A stretch of DNA of 64,000 nt from Eledone cirrhosa. Its lineage: Eukaryota. A program made the position numbers and the translations under genes. Location of the stretch: contig OZ024742.1 in assembly GCA_964016885.1 (NCBI GenBank), positions 283,526,001-283,590,000 on the forward strand. The letters are read 5' to 3'. Below are positions 17,645-33,113 of the stretch, in pieces. Under the pieces are notes generated by a model. It did not search any database and was not told where the DNA came from. It saw only the letters and a program-made list of their open reading frames with translations. Positions within the stretch are counted from its first letter, which is position 1. Each line of letters starts with the position of its first letter.

Positions 17645-18065
17645 ATTATATATATGTATATTATATATATATTATATATATATATATATTATATATATAT
17701 TATTTATATATTTATTAAAATAACAGATTAAAGTTTAAGTGAAGAATCGCTGCTTTCACCCTTAACGGGATCTTCTGAAACTAACAAAGTCAATCTGTAA
17801 ACGCAGAGGTGGATATTTAAAAAAACGTTGCAACCGGAGGAAGACAGGAAGACAATACTTTGGTTCGTGGAAACGTTCCCTGGCAAATAACAGGAAAAAA
17901 CGAATATAATACGTTATTAACAGAAGCGGTGAAAAACAATTACGCGCAAAGACAGAACCACGTTTATGGTATAAAAGAAGTCGTAGACTAATGTTGTCTT
18001 AGGTGGTTCATAGAGACGTTCTCTGGCAAACGGAAAAGACGAAGATAATACGTCGTATGTGGAGC

Positions 18066-18481
<416 letters not shown>

Positions 18482-18847
18482 GAGACGTATAGAGATTGTT
18501 TTAGCAAGAAGCTAACGGCATTCTATAACATATATGCGACTATAACGTCAAGATGGGAAAAGTAGTTAACGAAAGATTTAGGAAAAATAACTCAAACTCA
18601 TCTCAAAAGAGAATCAGGATACAAATTCATCCACAGAATTTAGTAAAATCCATGGAAAAATCTATAGACCTTTAACTCATGATAAAACAAAGTTTGAAAC
18701 ACTTATCCTTCAATTTGGAATAACATCAAATGCTCTGTATAGTCTTAAAAGACTATTTCATGAAAACTTTCAGTGGAGATGGTCACGGTTGGAATATCAT
18801 TCATCAGCAGAGCTCAACAGAAAACCAGGGCTCTATATATATATATA

Positions 18848-18973
18848 TAGGAACCAGTAAGACCCTGACGGCTGGGCTCAAGCCGTTTCGACGGCTAATT
18901 CTGGACAGAATTAGTCCAGAATTAGCCGTCGAAACGGCTTGAGCTCAGCCGTCGGGGTCTTACTGGTTCCTAT
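18848..18973. repeat. Fold-back palindrome built from the 3' half of a hammerhead
   Basis: ggaaccagtaagacc...ggtcttactggttcc; contains GAAA-cggct(tgagctc)agccg-TC. A related, core-deleted motif lies at 38955-39050 (-). Confidence 0.75.
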
Positions 18974-19050
18974 TACCCACTCTACTAACCTAAGTATTGA
19001 GTACTTTAGTGCGTTATGGTCCACCTGGTTCCTTACCATATTTCCTTCGT

Positions 19051-19182
<132 letters not shown>

Positions 19183-19200
19183 AATATATATAAATATATA

Positions 19201-19551
19201 TACGATATTAAATAAATGGAAACTATATTTATAAAACCATATTTATTTCATTATATATATTTCAGGGATATCATATTAAAAATATGTTATGCCTTCCTCA
19301 GACAAAATATAATATAAACAGTCTTATAAATATATAGATTCGACATACCTTTCAACATCGACTTCAATTTGAAAACTTTTCAAATTGAAGTCGATGTTGA
19401 AAGGTATGTCGAATCTATATATTTATAAGACTGTTTATATTGTATTTTGTCTGAGGAAGGCATAACATATTTTTAATATGATATCCCTGAAATATATATA
19501 ATGAAATAAATATGGTTTTATAAATATAGTTTCCATTTATTTAATATCGTA
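19201..19551. repeat. 350-bp palindrome with a hammerhead in each arm (+ 19443-19508; - 19244-19309)
   Basis: tattttgt-CTGAGGA-agg..catat(tttta)atatg..cct-GAAA-tatata-TA-atgaaata; centre aatttgaaaa-ct-ttttcaaatt at ~19375. Confidence 0.88.
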
Positions 19552-19734
19552 AATATACTCCAAATACTTGTTGAGTGCTTTTATATCAGCTATAAATATT
19601 TACTCGTTGTTAACCCAACAATTTAAATAAAACTTTGCATATAAATATATATATATATATATATAAATATATATATAAACATATATATATAAACATATAT
19701 ATATATAAATATATATAAATATATATATATATAA

Positions 19735-19837
<103 letters not shown>

Positions 19838-20324
19838 TATATAAATATATATACTCTTTTACTCTTTTACCTGTTTCAGCCATCCGGCTGAGGCCATGCT
19901 GGGGCACCGCCCTTGTTGCTACACATTTTATCTCCAGCTTGTATAGGTTGGCCACTGGTGTAAGAGGGAGTTTGTTGCTGCTGCCATTAGGTTTCCCTCG
20001 TGTCTTGCTGTGGGCTCATCCGAGATCCTGGATAACAAGGTGTCGAGATGTTTCTTGAAGACATCCACCTCCACGTCATGCAAATCTCTCAGATCCCTCG
20101 GCAGCCTGTTGAAGAGTTGAGGGCCCTTGAATCCCAGGCTATTGCAATACCTCCTCCTTATTCTAGATGTGAAAGACGGGACCTTTGGCACCACACAGTG
20201 ACGTCCTGTTCGACGGTTGGTCCAGCTCCCAATGCCAACGTTTGGTGCTAGTCCCTCCAGGATTTTCCACATGTAGATCACTGCGTATCTCTCCCGTCTT
20301 CGCTTTTTATATATATATTTATAT

Positions 20325-20763
20325 ATCTATCTATCTATCTAAGGCGGGTAAAATTCCCGAGATCCATGGACGAGTTCTCTCCAGCGGTCTCTGTCCCTCA
20401 TTATCGCTGCCATGTCCTGCATCTCCAACAGACCAGTGTCTGTCCTTAGGGCATCAACATACGTTAACCTTGGTCTTCCTCTTCTAGTGTGTCCATGTAG
20501 GGGCTCCCAAAGGAGCACTGAGTGCAATGTCAACTCTGGATGTCGGTGAGCATGTCCAGCCAACCTCACTTTTGAGCTGACTTTTGGGATGCTCCCATAC
20601 AGCTGAGAATGAATGAGACTAAAACAAAATATCTGGTAGAGAATGTTGAGAAGCCAGAGGGGATCACTAATGTAGGCGGGAAGCCGCTGGAATTGGTTGA
20701 GGACTTCCTGTATTTGGGAGCAAAGATTGGGAATACGGAAGATCATGTGGTTGAGAGGAAGAG
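20325..20763 (-). mobile_element. RTE-like LINE 3' end with an inverted 5' segment (20610-20763 on +); same family at 25010-25115 (+) and 38250-38760
   Basis: RLAGHAHRH...LLWEP-HG--RRGRPRLTYVD-L...MRDRDRWR and a (taga)n tail; NETKTKY...LELVEDFLYLG on the opposite strand. Confidence 0.85.
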
Positions 20764-20766
20764 CAG

Positions 20767-21286
20767 GTTAGCCTTGATAAGCTTCAACCAAAGCGAAACA
20801 GGGCCTTGTCGGCTTATCTCCCCTGTTTGCTGAGATCAAAGTAAGTGAATTTGTCACTACTTTAAAACAATAGCTTACGGTTTTCAAAATGCTTTTAATT
20901 AAGCATAAAGTGTATTGCAAAATACATTATATATACATCCATATATATATTGCTATTTCAGAGCTCCAATTCTAATTTTTAATTTCTGCCTGACCAACAA
21001 CCGCTCTGCATAATCAGCTCCTGATTATTTACTAGATTTCTATAAGAATATAACATCAGTGATCTCGGTAGACAGGAGGGGTAGTTAGCCTTGATAAGCT
21101 TCAACCAAAGCGAAACAGGGCCTTGTCGGATTATCTCCCCTGTTTGCTGAGATCAAAGTAAGTGAATTTGTCACTACTTTAAAACAATAGCTTACGGTCT
21201 TCAAAATGCTTTTAATTAAGCATACAGTGTATTGCAAAATACATTATATATACATCCATATATATATTGCTATTTCAGAACTCCAA

Positions 21287-21292
<6 letters not shown>
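20767..21292 (+). mobile_element. 317-bp partial tandem element with degenerate hammerheads
   Basis: gttagcc-TTGATAA-gctt(caacca)aagc-GAAA-cagg(gc)cttg-TC-gg at 20767 and 21084; shares aatttctgcc.gacc..caaccgctct with the 310-bp unit at ~9385. Confidence 0.75.
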
Positions 21293-21356
<64 letters not shown>

Positions 21357-21364
21357 ATATATAT

Positions 21365-21554
<190 letters not shown>

Positions 21555-21566
21555 ATATATATATAT

Positions 21567-21629
<63 letters not shown>

Positions 21630-21831
21630 TATATTTATATATATATATATATATATTTATAAGAATTAAAATACTAGAGTGTGTTGGAGTAAAACACCCT
21701 CTTCATATTATAGAAATGACAGTATAAGATATAGCTCAATGTAATTAAACAGAGCCGAAGAATTATTTAAAAAAATAATAAAATTAAAAAAATAAACCAA
21801 AGAAACCTTCAATACATCAAAAGTCTTTATT

Positions 21832-21871
21832 AGCCAACAATGTTTCGTCCTATTAAGGACTCATCAGGGCA
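21832..21871 (-). ncRNA. Type I hammerhead ribozyme
   Basis: gcc-CTGATGA-gtcc(ttaata)ggac-GAAA-cattg-TT-ggc; canonical stem II, short stem I. Confidence 0.75.
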
Positions 21872-22087
21872 AGTAAAGCTACAAGAAGCACTATCGGCCA
21901 ATACAAGCCAAAAACTCAGAAGAATATAGAGTATACATCTATTAAAGCTTAGGAAAGATATTAAGGAAAAGTTGGCTAAGATTAAGAGTGAGCAGTTACA
22001 AACATAGATATGGACCAAATAGCAAGGAAGTGATTAACATGTTGAACCCACATTGCAAATGTTATATAATGCAAATATAATAATATA

Positions 22088-22180
<93 letters not shown>

Positions 22181-22187
22181 ATATTTA

Positions 22188-22304
22188 TATAAGTTGAAAA
22201 AAATGAAAACGAAATTTCATTTCTCACTCTTAGTATGGCACTTACTTAAATGTAAGTATGTATGTATACGTACATACATATATGTATACAGACGTACAGT
22301 AGCA

Positions 22305-22378
<74 letters not shown>

Positions 22379-22772
22379 CAGGTACACATACATATATGCA
22401 CGCATCAGTTTAGCGGACGCTTATTATAACGCCGCTTTGTTCGTTTGTCAACAAACTGAACAGCCTGAATTTATGCCATACGGTGTTAAGGCAACCACGT
22501 CACCTTTTTGTTCAACACTGACACAGGAACGATGTACTAGTTTCAAGCTTGTTAGCTATCATCAGCACCGTTTACCCATCTGCCAGATAGTTGAACGTTC
22601 GAAAGTATATACTTTCCTTATGAAAATTAACGGCTGAGCAGCCTAATTTGCATATTGAGTGAGTTAAATCGGTCAGGCATACCGAAAACGATAAGTTGAA
22701 AAAAGTGAAAACGAAATTTCATTTCTCACTCTTAGTATGGCACTTACTTAAATGTAAGTATGTATGTATACG

Positions 22773-22832
<60 letters not shown>

Positions 22833-22860
22833 CAGGTACACATACATATATGCACGCATC
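22188..22860 (-). mobile_element. ~500-bp partial tandem element, a diverged relative of the 470-bp unit, with a hammerhead at 22528-22572
   Basis: ataagttgaaaaaa repeats at ~22189 and 22691; aacggtg-CTGATGA-tagc(taacaa)gctt-GAAA-ctag-TA-catcgtt; shares tatgaaaatta...ctaatttgcata with the array. Confidence 0.85.
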
Positions 22861-22915
22861 ATATTTATATATTTATATATATATATATATATATTTATTT
22901 ATATATAAATATATA

Positions 22916-22972
<57 letters not shown>

Positions 22973-23002
22973 ATTTATATATATATATATATTATATATA
23001 TT

Positions 23003-23063
<61 letters not shown>

Positions 23064-23908
23064 ATATTTTCATATGTATATATATAGTAATAATAATAAA
23101 TTTGAAGACTAAAATCCAAAGAGGGATCGATAAGGATAAATATATATCAAATATATAAGAACCGTAGAGCAAATATTTGTTAATATAACAGATTAAAGTT
23201 TAAGCAAAGAATCGCTGCTTTCACCCTTAACGGGATCTTCTGAAACTAACAAAGTCAATCTGTAAACGCAGAAGTGGATATTTAAAAAAACGTTGCAAAC
23301 GGAGGAAGACAGGAAGACGATACTTTGGTTCGTGGAAACGTTCCTTGGCAAAGAACGGGAAAAAACGAATATAATACGTCATTATTTGAATTGGTGAAAA
23401 ACAATTACGCGCAAAGACAGAACCACGTCTATGGTATAAAAGAGGTCGTAGACTAATGTTCTCTTAGGTGGTTTATAGAGACGTTCTCTGGCAATGAACG
23501 AAAAAAAACGAAGATAATACGTCATATGTGGAGCGTGGAGAACAATTGCACGCAAAGACAAAACCACGTAAATGGTATTACTGAAGGCATAGACTAAAAT
23601 TCTAACTAGGAGATCGAATGAATCTCCGCTTCAGAGTTAAGAACAAAGTAAATAAATACAATACAGAGGTAATAGATATAAATAAATACATACACGCATA
23701 CAAATACGTACATACACAAGCATACGCGAAAACACTTACCATAGGTATACAAAACCACACACATATAAATATGTGTGTGTGTGTGTGTGTGTGCGTGTAT
23801 ACAAATAAATAAATAATTAATTAAATAAACGTATATAAATAAATAAATACGTATATAACAAGCGCACACACATACCTACATGTAAATACACAAATGTTCG
23901 GAGATATT

Positions 23909-23940
<32 letters not shown>

Positions 23941-23961
23941 TATATATATATATATATATAT

Positions 23962-24089
<128 letters not shown>

Positions 24090-24167
24090 TATATTATATT
24101 TTGAGATTAAACTCTCAGTCGTTTACAATTAATCAGCTCCAAGAAGGGGGCATTTCCGAGCAGTTAA

Positions 24168-24782
24168 ATACATTAATATATATGATAAACACAAAACGTG
24201 TTTGCATTGCAACAGACAAAGTTAGCTATCAATGAAATAAACTAATTAAAGTGAATACAATTTGTCTGTCTCGATATAAGTCAATAAAGACAAGCTTATA
24301 TTGGCAAAGGCCGTGATTCCTGGACAAATTTAAATTTCAAAATCCAAACCCGCTCCGTAGATGAATTTGAACTTCAAAACCCAAACATGTTTCGCAACGA
24401 TGGTACATGAATTGAAAAATAAAGAGAATCGAAATGGAATTGAATTAAAAAGTGAAATATCCAAATCTTCTGTGCTTATCGACAGGAATCCAGTAAAATT
24501 AGTACATTTCACCATCAAAAATGTTGCAGGTCTAACTACACGTGTGTGTAGCCAGGCCAGACTAACCGTCCCGCATTCTCGGTGCTAGAAATAACAGCCG
24601 TTTATGCGGGATTAAAGATCAGCTCTACAGTTAAGGAGCAATATACTATATTATATATAAGCTTGTCTTTATTGACTTATATCGAGACAGACAAATTGTA
24701 TTCACTTTAATTAGTTTATTTCATTGATAGCTAACTTTGTCTGTTGCAATGCAAACACGTTTTGTGTTTATCATATATATTA

Positions 24783-24789
<7 letters not shown>
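24168..24789. repeat. Inverted repeat with ~130-bp arms (24168-24300 and 24656-24789)
   Basis: atacattaatatatatgataaacacaaaacgtg...gacaagcttata is mirrored exactly. Confidence 0.85.
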
Positions 24790-24857
<68 letters not shown>

Positions 24858-24889
24858 GTCTTCAAATTTATTATTATTACTATATATTT

Positions 24890-25011
<122 letters not shown>

Positions 25012-25139
25012 TCTGTTGGAGATGCAGGACATGGCAGCGATAATGAGGGACAGAGACCGCTGGAGAGAACTCGTCCATGGATCTCTGGAATTTTACCCGC
25101 CTTAGATAGATAGATATATTTATATATATATATATTTAC

Positions 25140-25217
<78 letters not shown>

Positions 25218-25220
25218 ATT

Positions 25221-25383
<163 letters not shown>

Positions 25384-25425
25384 ATATATATGTTTATATA
25401 TATTTATATATATATATATATATAT

Positions 25426-25479
<54 letters not shown>

Positions 25480-25521
25480 ATATATATGTTTATATATATT
25501 TATATATATATATATATATAT

Positions 25522-25589
<68 letters not shown>

Positions 25590-25616
25590 ATTTATATATA
25601 TATTTATATATATATA

Positions 25617-25647
<31 letters not shown>

Positions 25648-25742
25648 CTATATATTTATATATATATATTTATATATATATATATTTATATATATATATA
25701 TTTATATATATATATATTTATATATATATATTTATATATATA

Positions 25743-25813
<71 letters not shown>

Positions 25814-26702
25814 ATACTTTGGGAGAGTCATGTTGCCAATAAGAAGCACGCGCGTCAGTTGCTTTCACTTCAATTTATTATAATAAACTTATAAATTTAG
25901 GAATTTATAAATTTCCGGTTGGTTGGTTTCACAACCAGATGGTTGTTTATATATTGTCAAGATAAAAAATTTTGCTAAACAAATTCAGAAACGAAATATA
26001 TATATATATTTATATAGATAAATCTACCAAAAGTTTACGGTAGTGTCCAATCCGTATGAAGAACTCAATGTAATCCGGATATCATGGAAAGAAGAGATGC
26101 ATTCAAAAATCACTTTCGGTGAAAGATAAACGGAATACAGAGTCAAGATAAAATATTAAAAAAATAATGAATAAAACAATGAAACAGTTCCTTATATTAA
26201 ACAAAAAAAGTTCATTATTTAACGATCGTTTCTAGGACATATATGTGTTAGAATTGGCATGCATATTCAAAAGATCTATGTACAAAATTATACAAACTAT
26301 CAAATAGAATATACATACCATCACATATATATGCTGTCTTCAGAAATAATGAAGTATATTTATTGATAATAACAACAATTCAAAATTAGAGGTCTGTTTG
26401 GGAACAGATTTTAAATAGACCAATGAAATACATAAAAATTCATCAAGAAAATACAGTTAGGTGTGTGTATATATGTAAGTAACTTCGTTCACAGATATGC
26501 ATAAAAATGTATGTTCACATGCATACGCATGTCGAAAAAGTGTATGTAAATATAAAAATTTAGGGCTAATGTCTCAGTATGTTTATAATCCACAGACAAA
26601 AAATACATACATATACATATATATATACACACATATATACACACATATACATACATTCATACACACACACGCATATACACATAAACATACACATACCTAC
26701 GA

Positions 26703-26733
<31 letters not shown>

Positions 26734-27128
26734 CACATACGTATATATTATTATTATAACTATATGGATATTGAGGCGCACACATAAACACGGCCACACA
26801 CACTTACATCTAAATGCAGAATTAAAAGGAGGTAAGGGAGTAAGTAATTAAGGAGGGTGTCAGACTCAGCATATTTATAAAAATGTATCTATAAATTTAG
26901 AAATAAAAAGAAATATAATAAAAGAAATATACTAAAAACATAAAAAAACATAAAAGAGAGACATAAAATATACATGCTTATATACATACGCACATTTACA
27001 CATCCATACGTTCGATACATACATACGTACACACACACACATACACATACTTAACCTCACGCATATTAACCTGTTTGTATGCATATACATAAAACCAAGT
27101 AAAATATATACTCATACATATAAATACA

Positions 27129-27206
<78 letters not shown>

Positions 27207-27458
27207 CACATACACACAACACACATATATACATATATGTACACACACATATACACACATATATACACATACATATATATACACATATATATATATATAT
27301 ACATATATATATACACACACACACATATATATACACACATATATATACACACACACACACATATACGTATATATACATACACACACATACCCATGTATAT
27401 ATGCACACAAGCACATACACACACACACTCAGACATACATAAATACAGAGACATACAT

Positions 27459-27507
<49 letters not shown>

Positions 27508-27602
27508 TACACACAGTCAGACAATTATGCACATATATACACATACATACACACATCTCTACAAATACATATACATACACATACATACATACACATATAT
27601 AT

Positions 27603-27672
<70 letters not shown>

Positions 27673-28897
27673 TCATACACACTTATATACATGCGCACAT
27701 ATGTATTTTTATACTCACATACAAACACACAAACATACATACATACTTACATACACATACATACATCCACGCTTACAAATACGAATAATTATGGGGGGGG
27801 GGAAGGGGGATTAAAATTATTAGTGGGAAATAGTAAATATAGGTTTCAAGGAACATAGAATATTAATCTGCATTTAAATCATAATATGTGTTTACATAGT
27901 AGTGTTAGTCTAGCATGGTATTTGTAAGAAAGAAGGCTAAATTATGCATTTTAATATAAGTAGACTATTAATTATAGGTTAATTAAAGTAAAAATAGTTA
28001 ATATATTAATTTCTAAGGTGTATACTACTTAGGTTTATAATATTTAAAGCGGAATTTTGAAGTTAAACAGTAGTAGAGTATTAATTATAGCATAACTAAA
28101 TTAAAATTATTAACATGATGGTATCAATTTTAGGAAATGAATTTTGTAATAGGGAAAGCCAAATCAAGTATTTCATCGGTAGTAGAATATTAATTATAGG
28201 TTAACTAAATTAAAAATTATATATTAATTTCTATAGTATATGTTAATAAGGTTTATAATAATTAAAGCAAAATTTTGTATTTTATCTATAGTAGAATATA
28301 ATTATAGGTTAACTAAATTAAAATTAATCTATATATTTATTTGTAAAGAGTATATTAATTAGGTATATATTTTAAAGTTTTTCTCAGTTTAGGATTACAT
28401 GATATTCTGCAATCCATCTGTATTAGAATTTTAATTTTAAGCTAACTAAATTAAAATTATAGGTTAACTAAATTTAAAATTAAATTATAAATTAATTTCT
28501 AAATTGTATATTAATTAGGTTTATAATATTAAAAAGTATTTCTCTGTTATTGATTACACGATATTTTGTTATATTTCATCTGTAAAGGAATTTTAATAAA
28601 AGGTTAAATAAACTAAAATTAATCTATATATTAATTTCCAAAGTATATATTAATTATGTTAATAATATTTAAAAAATTTTCACAGTTTATGATTACACGA
28701 TATTTTTTAATTTCATCTGTAGTAGAATTTTAATTAAATTAAAATTATAGGTTAACTACATTTAAATTAATTTATATATTAATTTCTAAAATATATATTA
28801 TTAATTAGGTTTATAATATTTAAATGTTTTTCTCAGTTTATGATTACACGATATAATTAATTCCTGTCGCTTATTTAATAGGATATCCTTAGATTGC

Positions 28898-29078
28898 ATT
28901 GGCAGTATTGGTAGAGGGTCGGACGCCATGCTTTCCAGCATAGTTGCGTCCCTTTATGATCTGAGTTCAAATCCCGCCGAGGTTGACTTTGCCTTTCATC
29001 CTTACGGGGTCGATAAAATAAAGTACCAGTAATGCACTGGGCAATTGCTGGCCTTGTGCCTAAAGTAGAAACAATTAT
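28898..29078 (+). mobile_element. tRNA-derived SINE inserted in the left arm of the inverted repeat only
   Basis: tggcagtattggtaga (A-box-like), gagttcaaatcc (B box), gcctttcatccttacggggtcgataaa core, agaaacaattatt tail; absent from the mirror site at ~31658. Confidence 0.9.
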
Positions 29079-29682
29079 TTCAAATAGTTCTTGGGAACAC
29101 AATCTACATTCATTTCTATTATTTTGATAAGGGGTGGCTCTTTTGAGCACACTCCAGGTCATATCATATTCTATATTCTTATTTCTATAACTATTAATTT
29201 TTTCTGCTAGAGATGTTGTATTAGCCAGTGCGGCATTTTTAAAACTATGTTTGTGGGTATTAAACCTTACCTTAAAATTGTTAGAAGTAGCTCCTATATA
29301 TGAGCAAATAGAATCTTTAGTTTTAACTTTACATTTATAAACTATGTTGTTAACAAGACAATTTCCTTTTAATGGGCAGTTTGCTTTGTTTCTACAGTTA
29401 CAACCTTTCGTTACTTCTGTATTTGAGGAGATATTATGGTTAGTTTGATGTATTGGTGGTATACTTATAGTTTTTTTACATTTATATGCATTATAGGCAC
29501 TTATATTTTGTTTTATGTTTTTGGTTGTTGAGTATGAGAATTTAACTGTTGATCTATTTAAGATTTGATGGTATTTGTGGTTTGGCGGGAAGTTTTTCTC
29601 TAGGATATAAAAAAATTTTTTTAGCAATATTATCCTTAATTTGTAAATTAAATGGAGCATTATACCAAGTATAATGAACTCA

Positions 29683-31758
29683 TTATAATGAGTTCATATA
29701 TAAAGAACTCAGGAAAAATTATAGAAAAACTAATAATGAGTCACTCACCAACATCAACAACAAAACACACAACATAGTGAATAAACTAAATATTGAAGAT
29801 AGAACTGAACCTTTGGCATTGAAAAGACCACACTTTAACCTGAAAGATCATAAATCAAACTTTAACTCAAATCCTTCTATAAGACTTATATGTCCCTCCA
29901 AATCTGATATTGGAATAATTAGCAAAAAAATTTTGGATAGAGTCATCCCACAAATAAGAAAACATGTTAATTTACCACTCTGGGAAAACACTTCCCAGGT
30001 AATTAACTGGTTTAAAAATATTAGATGTAAATCTTCTGCTTCATTTCTACAATTTGATATAGATAATTACTATTCTTCTATATCACTTATACTCCTGAAC
30101 AAAGCTTTGATATTTGCTAAAAATAGATCTAACTTAACTTTGGATGACATTAATATTATTACACATGCTAGACTAACACTTATTGAATTTCAGAATGAAT
30201 ACTGGACCAGAAACACATATAGTAATCTATTTGATATTACTATGGGTTCAAGCGATTCTGCCCAAATTACTGATCTTGTGGGCCTCTTTCTTCTTTTTAA
30301 CATAAATGCTTCTTTTCCCCACCTTAAAGGTGGTTTATATCGTGATGACTGTCTTCTTCTTTCCAACAACCTTAGCCTCTCAGAAATAGAAAAAAACAAA
30401 AAGCTTATTAGAACTTTCCTTAAAGACTATTATAGTCTTCATATTACTTTTGAAAACACAAGTAAAGTAGTTAATTTCCTAGATATAACTTTAGACTTAG
30501 CTACGGGTATCTACCAACCTTACCATAAACCCAACCAAAACTTACACTACATACACTCACAATCTAATCACCCTAAATCTATCCTTAAAAACCTTTCATA
30601 TAATATATCACTTAGAATTTCTAACCTTTCGTCTAACCAAGATGTATTTGATAAAAATGCGACCTTCTATAACGAAGCTCTAGATAGAAGTGGCCACAAA
30701 AATAGATTAGAATATATACCTTCTACTAATAACACTATAAACATACAACCTAATATTACCAACAAACACCAAATGAAAAGTACACACCTAAATGCCACTC
30801 ACACTATACCCCAAAATACCAACATAAAACCAAATTTCTCTAACTCCTCTAATATAAAGTATAGTAACTCTCAAAAAACTACTCATCATACAACTCTAAT
30901 AAATGTTAATAATAAAACTCCTAATAAACAAGCTAAAACACCTAAATCAATAAATCTAACTAAAAATGTGCGTGGTGAGGTCATTAACATTAATCCTCCT
31001 AGTAAACATCACGATGCATCCTATAAAAACAATAAAAAACATAGAAACCGTAATAGACGAGTTACTTGGTATAATGCTCCATTTAATTTACAAATTAAGG
31101 ATAATATTGCTAAAAAAAATGTTTAATATCCTAGAGAAAAACTTCCCGCCAAACCACAAATACCATCAAATCTTAAATAGATCAACAGTTAAATTCTCAT
31201 ACTCAACAACCAAAAACATAAAACAAAATATAAGTGCCTATAATGCATATGAATGTAAAAAAAACTATAAGTATACCACCAATACATCAAACTAACCATA
31301 ATATCTCCTCAAATACAGAAGTAACGAAAGGTTGTAACTGTAGAAACAAAGCAAACTGCCCATTAAAAGGAAATTGTCTTGTTAACAACATAGTTTATAA
31401 ATGTAAAGTTAAAACTAAAGATTCTATTTGCTCATATATAGGAGCTACTTCTAACAATTTTAAGGTAAGGTTTAATACCCACAAACATAGTTTTAAAAAT
31501 GCCGCACTGGCTAATACAACATCTCTAGCAGAAAAAATTAATAGTTATAGAAATAAGAATATAGAATATGATATGACCTGGAGTGTGCTCAAAAGAGCCA
31601 CCCCTTATCAAAATAATAGAAATGAATGTAGATTGTGTTCCCAAGAACTATTTGAAATAATGAAATCTAAGGATATCCTATTAAATAAGCGACAGGAATT
31701 AATTATATCGTGTAATCATAAACTGAGAAAAACATTTAAATATTATAAACCTAATTAA
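29683..31758 (+). mobile_element. Penelope-like element polyprotein (RT + GIY-YIG), 5'-truncated, two homopolymer frameshifts; probably Naiad clade
   Basis: LKDHK-NF--NP-IRLI-P-KSDIG, FDI--YY-SI, FDITMGS-D-A---DLVG, GLYRDD, VNFLDITLDL, YIH--SNHP, WYNAPF, CNCRNKANCPL-GNC, IVY/YIG, FK-R--H--SF, C-LC--E, LNKR-E---C-H. Confidence 0.93.
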
Positions 31759-32896
31759 TAATATATATTTTAGAAATTAATATATAAATTAATTTAAATG
31801 TAGTTAACCTATAATTTTAATTTAATTAAAATTCTACTACAGATGAAATTAAAAAATATCGTGTAATCATAAACTGTGAAAAATGTTTAAATATTATTAA
31901 CATAATTAATATATACTTTGGAAATTAATATATAGATTCATTTTAGTTTATTTAACCTTTTATTAAAATTCCTTTACAGATGAAATATAACAAAATATCG
32001 TGTAATCAATAACAGAGAAATACTTTTTAATATTATAAACCTAATTAATATACAATTTAGAAATTAATTTATAATTTAATTTTAAATTTAGTTAACCTAT
32101 AATTTTAATTTAGTTAGCTTAAAATTAAAATTCTAATACAGATGGATTGCAGAATATCATGTAATCCTAAACTGAGAAAAACTTTTAAATATATACCTAA
32201 TTAATATACTCTTTACAAATAAATATATAGATTAATTTTAATTTAGTTAACCTATAATTATATTCTACTATAGATAAAATACAAAATTTTGCTTTAATTA
32301 TTATAAACCTTATTAACATATACTATAGAAATTAATATATAATTTTTAATTTAGTTAACCTATAATTAATATTCTACTACCGATGAAATACTTGATTTGG
32401 CTTTCCCTATTACAAAATTCATTTCCTAAAATTGATACCATCATGTTAATAATTTTAATTTAGTTATGCTATAATTAATACTCTACTACTGTTTAACTTC
32501 AAAATTCCGCTTTAAATATTATAAACCTAAGTAGTATACACCTTAGAAATTAATATATTAACTATTTTTACTTTAATTAACCTATAATTAATAGTCTACT
32601 TATATTAAAATGCATAATTTAGCCTTCTTTCTTACAAATACCATGCTAGACTAACACTACTATGTAAACACATATTATGATTTAAATGCAGATTAATATT
32701 CTATGTTCCTTGAAACCTATATTTACTATTTCCCACTAATAATTTTAATCCCCCTTCCCCCCCCCCCCCCCCCATAATTATTCGTATTTGTAAGCGTGGA
32801 TGTATGTATGTGTATGTAAGTATGTATGTATGTTTGTGTGTTTGTATGTGAGTATAAAAATACATATGTGCGCATGTATATAAGTGTGTATGAGTG

Positions 32897-32927
<31 letters not shown>

Positions 32928-33015
32928 ATGTATGTATGTGTATGTATATGTATTTGTAGAGATGTGTGTATGTATGTGTATATATGTGCATAATTGTCTG
33001 ACTGTGTGTATCTAT

Positions 33016-33113
<98 letters not shown>

